Assembly: GCA_043228905.1 (NCBI GenBank)
Contig: JBHGNT010000015.1
Coordinates: 16,306,001-16,370,000 of the forward strand
From: Azolla caroliniana
Taxonomy: Eukaryota > Plantae > Polypodiophyta
Reading direction: 5' to 3'
DNA: 64,000 bases
Numbering within the stretch: the stretch's first letter is position 1; each line of letters starts with the position of its first letter. The translations under genes and the position numbers were made by a program. Below, piece after piece: positions 60,401-64,000 of the stretch. The notes below the pieces were generated by a model. That model made no database searches, had not been told where the DNA came from, and worked only from the letters and a program-made list of their open reading frames with translations.

Positions 60401-62927
60401 TTATCTCCGATCTGGTTTTGGAGTTAGACGGCCGTCCAGACCACCTCAGCCCAGTAGAACCTGGGCATACTTTTCTCCTCTAGCATTGCCCTTGCCACGT
60501 CGACAATCAATCAGTTCTTTCTCTCGACCACATTGTTTTGTTCCGGTGTGTATCGACGGTTGAATTCTCTCCGAATTCCTTTTTGCTGCAAATAACTATT
60601 GGATTGGCCGGAAAAGTATTCTTTTCCACCATCCGACCGCAGGCACATGATCTTTCTTTCTGTTTTCCTCTCGACTAGGCTTCGTCGATTCCGGAAACAG
60701 TCGAAGACTTCACTTTTCCTCTCAATTAGGTAGATCCATGTGTGCCGGTTGTAGTCATCAATGAAGGAGACGAAATACCGACTCCCTCCAAGACTAACGT
60801 TCTGTGTCGGTCCCCATACATCCGAATGGATTAAGTCGAGCTTGTTACGGCTCCGGTTTTGTTCGGTGGGGAATGGAAGCCATTGTTGCTTCCCGAGTCG
60901 GTAGGCTTCACATATTTGGGCCTTCCAGCCACTGAATTTTGGCAATCCGAGAACATGTTTCAATTGCAAGTCTTGAAGCCTCTGGTAGTTGACGTGGTCG
61001 ATCTGCTTGTGCTAGAGATCGATGTCCGATTCAGTTTTCTGTCCTTTGACAAACAAGGCGGTGCTGACGTCGTTGGTGTCGAGGATGAACATCCTCCCGT
61101 CTCTGCGCCCTTGCGCAATTACCTGGCCTTCTTCCTCGATGAAGCACCCGAGGTCCATAAACCGCACCTACATTCCCTGGTCGACGATTTGTCCGACCGA
61201 CACTAGGTTCTTTCTAATTGTCAGAACATGTAGTACGTTCATTAGATTTCCCTTTTGTCCAACATGGGTTAAGGGAACTTCTCCGACATGCACAATCGAG
61301 TGAGGGGTGTTGTCTCCAGTTTTGACGATTCCCGGTTGTTCCGGTTTCTCCAAAAACGAGAACCACTCTTCGTGGCTCGTCATGTCATTTTAGGCTCCGG
61401 AATCAACATACCATACTTCCTCCGCTTTGGAATTAATTTTCTTCATCGAGTTAGCCTTGTGCTTCATCACAATAGATGGCCCCTTTCCGGTTTTCCCGGT
61501 TTCGGATCCTTCTACATGGTGCGAGCTTTGCCGGTTTCCCTATCCGGCCTTGCCGGATCCGGATTTGTCCGAATCGGCGCGTTTCTTCCAACACTCGCTT
61601 GCTTTGTGGCCTTTCTTGCCACAATACCAATATTTTGTGTCAGCCTTCCCTTGCCGGTTTCTGATGCCATTTTGACTCCCCCTACTCGTGGAGGGTCTGG
61701 AACTGTTGTCGACACTATCTCGGTGCCGTCGATTCTGCTCTTGCCGGCCGCCTCCATTGCATGCCGATCGAGCTCGTCCTCCACGCCCATGGGGCCGGTC
61801 CGCCTCCGTGTACAACATCCGATTGTCCGATTGAGTGGTCCTCGACCCACTCACGTGGTTTTCTTCGACCATCAACATCGATTGCAAGTCGAAGAAGGAC
61901 GGTGGCTTCTCCCGGGTGCAAATCGCCGTCCGGACTGGCCCGTACCGTTGTGCTAGACCACCAAGGCAGATTTGTACCATTTCTTCTTCGTCCACCGTCA
62001 CATTGATGGACCTGAGCGCATCACAAATCTCCTTTATTTTGGTGGTGTACTCCGTAACCGACATATCTCTTTGTCGGATGTTGTTCAACTCTTGTCAGAG
62101 CTGCAATTTACGGGTTGTGGTACTAGCGGCGAAAATCTTCCGAAGATTTTCCCAAGCCTCCTTAGGCATTTTTGCATCCTTGATGTAGCCGAGCATCTGA
62201 TCGTGCACACAGGATGCGAGGCAGTACAACACTCCGCTCGCTCCTTGTTCCCATGTCGGGAAGTCTTTGTGTGCCAACTCCGGCGCTACATTGTTCGTTC
62301 CTTCCACATAGCTCTAGTAACCATGCCCCAATAGGTACTGGTGCATTTTATATGACCAGGATGCATAGTTGCTCCGGGCGAGCTTTTCTGTGGGAAGCGA
62401 ACTTGCCATACCTCTGTCCATCTTGGTTCTCTTTTGTTCTTCACCGGGTGTTAGGGTTTGTCTTCGAAAGCGTCTGTCGGCTACAGAGGAGTCTCAACCC
62501 TTGCGCTCTGATACCATGTGAAAGTTAATATGCGGAAGCGTATGACAAACCAGCTCAGCCAGATACCAACAGAATGTAGAGAATAAGGTTTAATGGAGAC
62601 CTTACACACAGAATACACAAGAGAGACAGAGAGAGAGCAGAACATAAACTCAATTGAAAAATAATAATCCTCCTATGTACATAGAATGTGCTTAGAGAGC
62701 ACTTTTATACAAGTCCATAAAGAACTGACAGAAGTATTGACTGGTACTTCAATGCTCATACGAGTGACGGACACTGACTCCCAAAAATATGCCTACATAC
62801 TAGGTTGGATCCGTAGGCCTCTAAAGGCCTCCCAATTTCAATCTGATCCGGCTCTTGATTCCGAACACCGATCCGGTTCTCCGTTCCAGATACCGATCCG
62901 GATCCGGTTGAGCTTGCTCGCTTAACA
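57461..62927 (-). mobile_element. Copia element F (B family), full length but heavily decayed
   Basis: Visibly diverged LTRs 57461-57902 and 62517-62927; PBS 62505-62516; PPT 57903-57913; TSD AATCG/AATCT. Fragmented gag, INT, RT and RH ORFs are homologous to B1/B2. Confidence 0.92.
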
Positions 62928-63420
62928 AATCTTTTACGCATGCAACACTCTTTTTTGTGAATCGACCTATTCTGTATCATTCTTTTACAGACGGTTCTCG
63001 AAATGAGACACATATTACCTGTTTCAAATTTCCTAATGATCAAAACGTATCCAATCGCATCTCACTAGTACCTGCATGAGCCTTGGCTCTCAAAGAACCT
63101 TAACACTTCTTCGAAGTTGTTTACACAAGTTAGTTGTTGATGTTGCATCCTCGCATTCTCACCCCAAATATGAAGATATCAAATGTATACAATGAAAACT
63201 TACTCAAGGATGAATATCACTTATCGAATACTCTACGTATACGGTAATTTGTGAGAAATATAATAACTTGTTGGTCAGGCATAATAATCTAAGAGTCATA
63301 CTTGAAGCCTTAGATTTGTAATCCCCCTTCTTAGTTAGGAGTTGCATATAAGATGATATGTTGATTTGATCCCATTTGTCAAAATTGGCCTCATCGTGAA
63401 CAATAAAATATCTACTATAT

Positions 63421-63466
<46 letters not shown>

Positions 63467-63559
63467 GAAAACACTCAACTATATTAATAAATGTGTAAAA
63501 AACACTACTTACAATGGGTGTCACAATGGAGTATGGTCACCCACTAACTACATGGGTAG

Positions 63560-64000
63560 TGGAACATGTTAAATTGCCAATAAGCAAGATGAACACTCCA
63601 CTAAGAAAATAATTTCCACTTGCTCCAATAAAGAAAATTGCCACTTTAGTACTCCCTTCAACTTTCATAGATATGCATTGACTCCATGCTTACCATCAAA
63701 GACAAATGCATTTCGCATATCCCAATTATGATGTAATCCCCAATCCCTCAAAAATAGGAAAATGGTCTCCATCTCTAATTTTGGGTTGACTTGTGTGAAT
63801 TGTACAAACACCCACTATTTTGGCATCAAATAACATCGTGACAAAACTTGCCAAATTTGAGAAATGTAACTCCAAATTTGACTAGCAATCAGACATTGTA
63901 TGAAATGATGGATACTATCTTCCAGTTGGATAGTGGAAAAGAAGCAATTACATGTTTCACACTTTAGAGTTAATCCCAAAAGCAAAACCCCAATCAAAAC
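63560..64000 (-). mobile_element. LINE ORF2 C-terminal fragment (zf-RVT), running off the window edge
   Basis: CNCF..EDSIHHFIQCLIASQIW followed by ..WDMRNAFVFDG, the L1 W-x-x-R-N-x-x-V-F motif. The left boundary is approximate. Confidence 0.7.

Overview
Eukaryotic land-plant genomic DNA, probably from a non-seed plant such as a fern (inference from the element types and microsatellite content). The first ~16.5 kb holds two spliced host genes. One is a 5-exon, ~1203-aa protein with Pro-rich, von Willebrand A (vWA) and long coiled-coil regions (1835-11892). The other is a 2-exon serine O-acetyltransferase (15400-16366). The remaining ~47 kb is almost all transposons: two non-autonomous hAT elements with 8-bp TSDs, LINE fragments, a deleted Copia carrying a solo LTR, a 28-kb four-level LTR nest (Copia B1 > Copia B2 > Gypsy chromovirus C > Copia E, plus an intact Copia D with apparently identical LTRs inside B1), and another decayed Copia (F). 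The most unusual object is Gypsy element C (31529-42683, minus strand). It has no tRNA primer-binding site but a 12-nt self-priming complement at its predicted transcription start. It also has a G_UUA_AAC slippery site plus stem-loop joining gag to pol, a heat-shock-element array, and a tRNA-like A/B-box in its LTR. The Copia A/B/F group carries duplicated polypurine tracts flanking a charged C-terminal extension. All calls were made by eye; no database searches were run.
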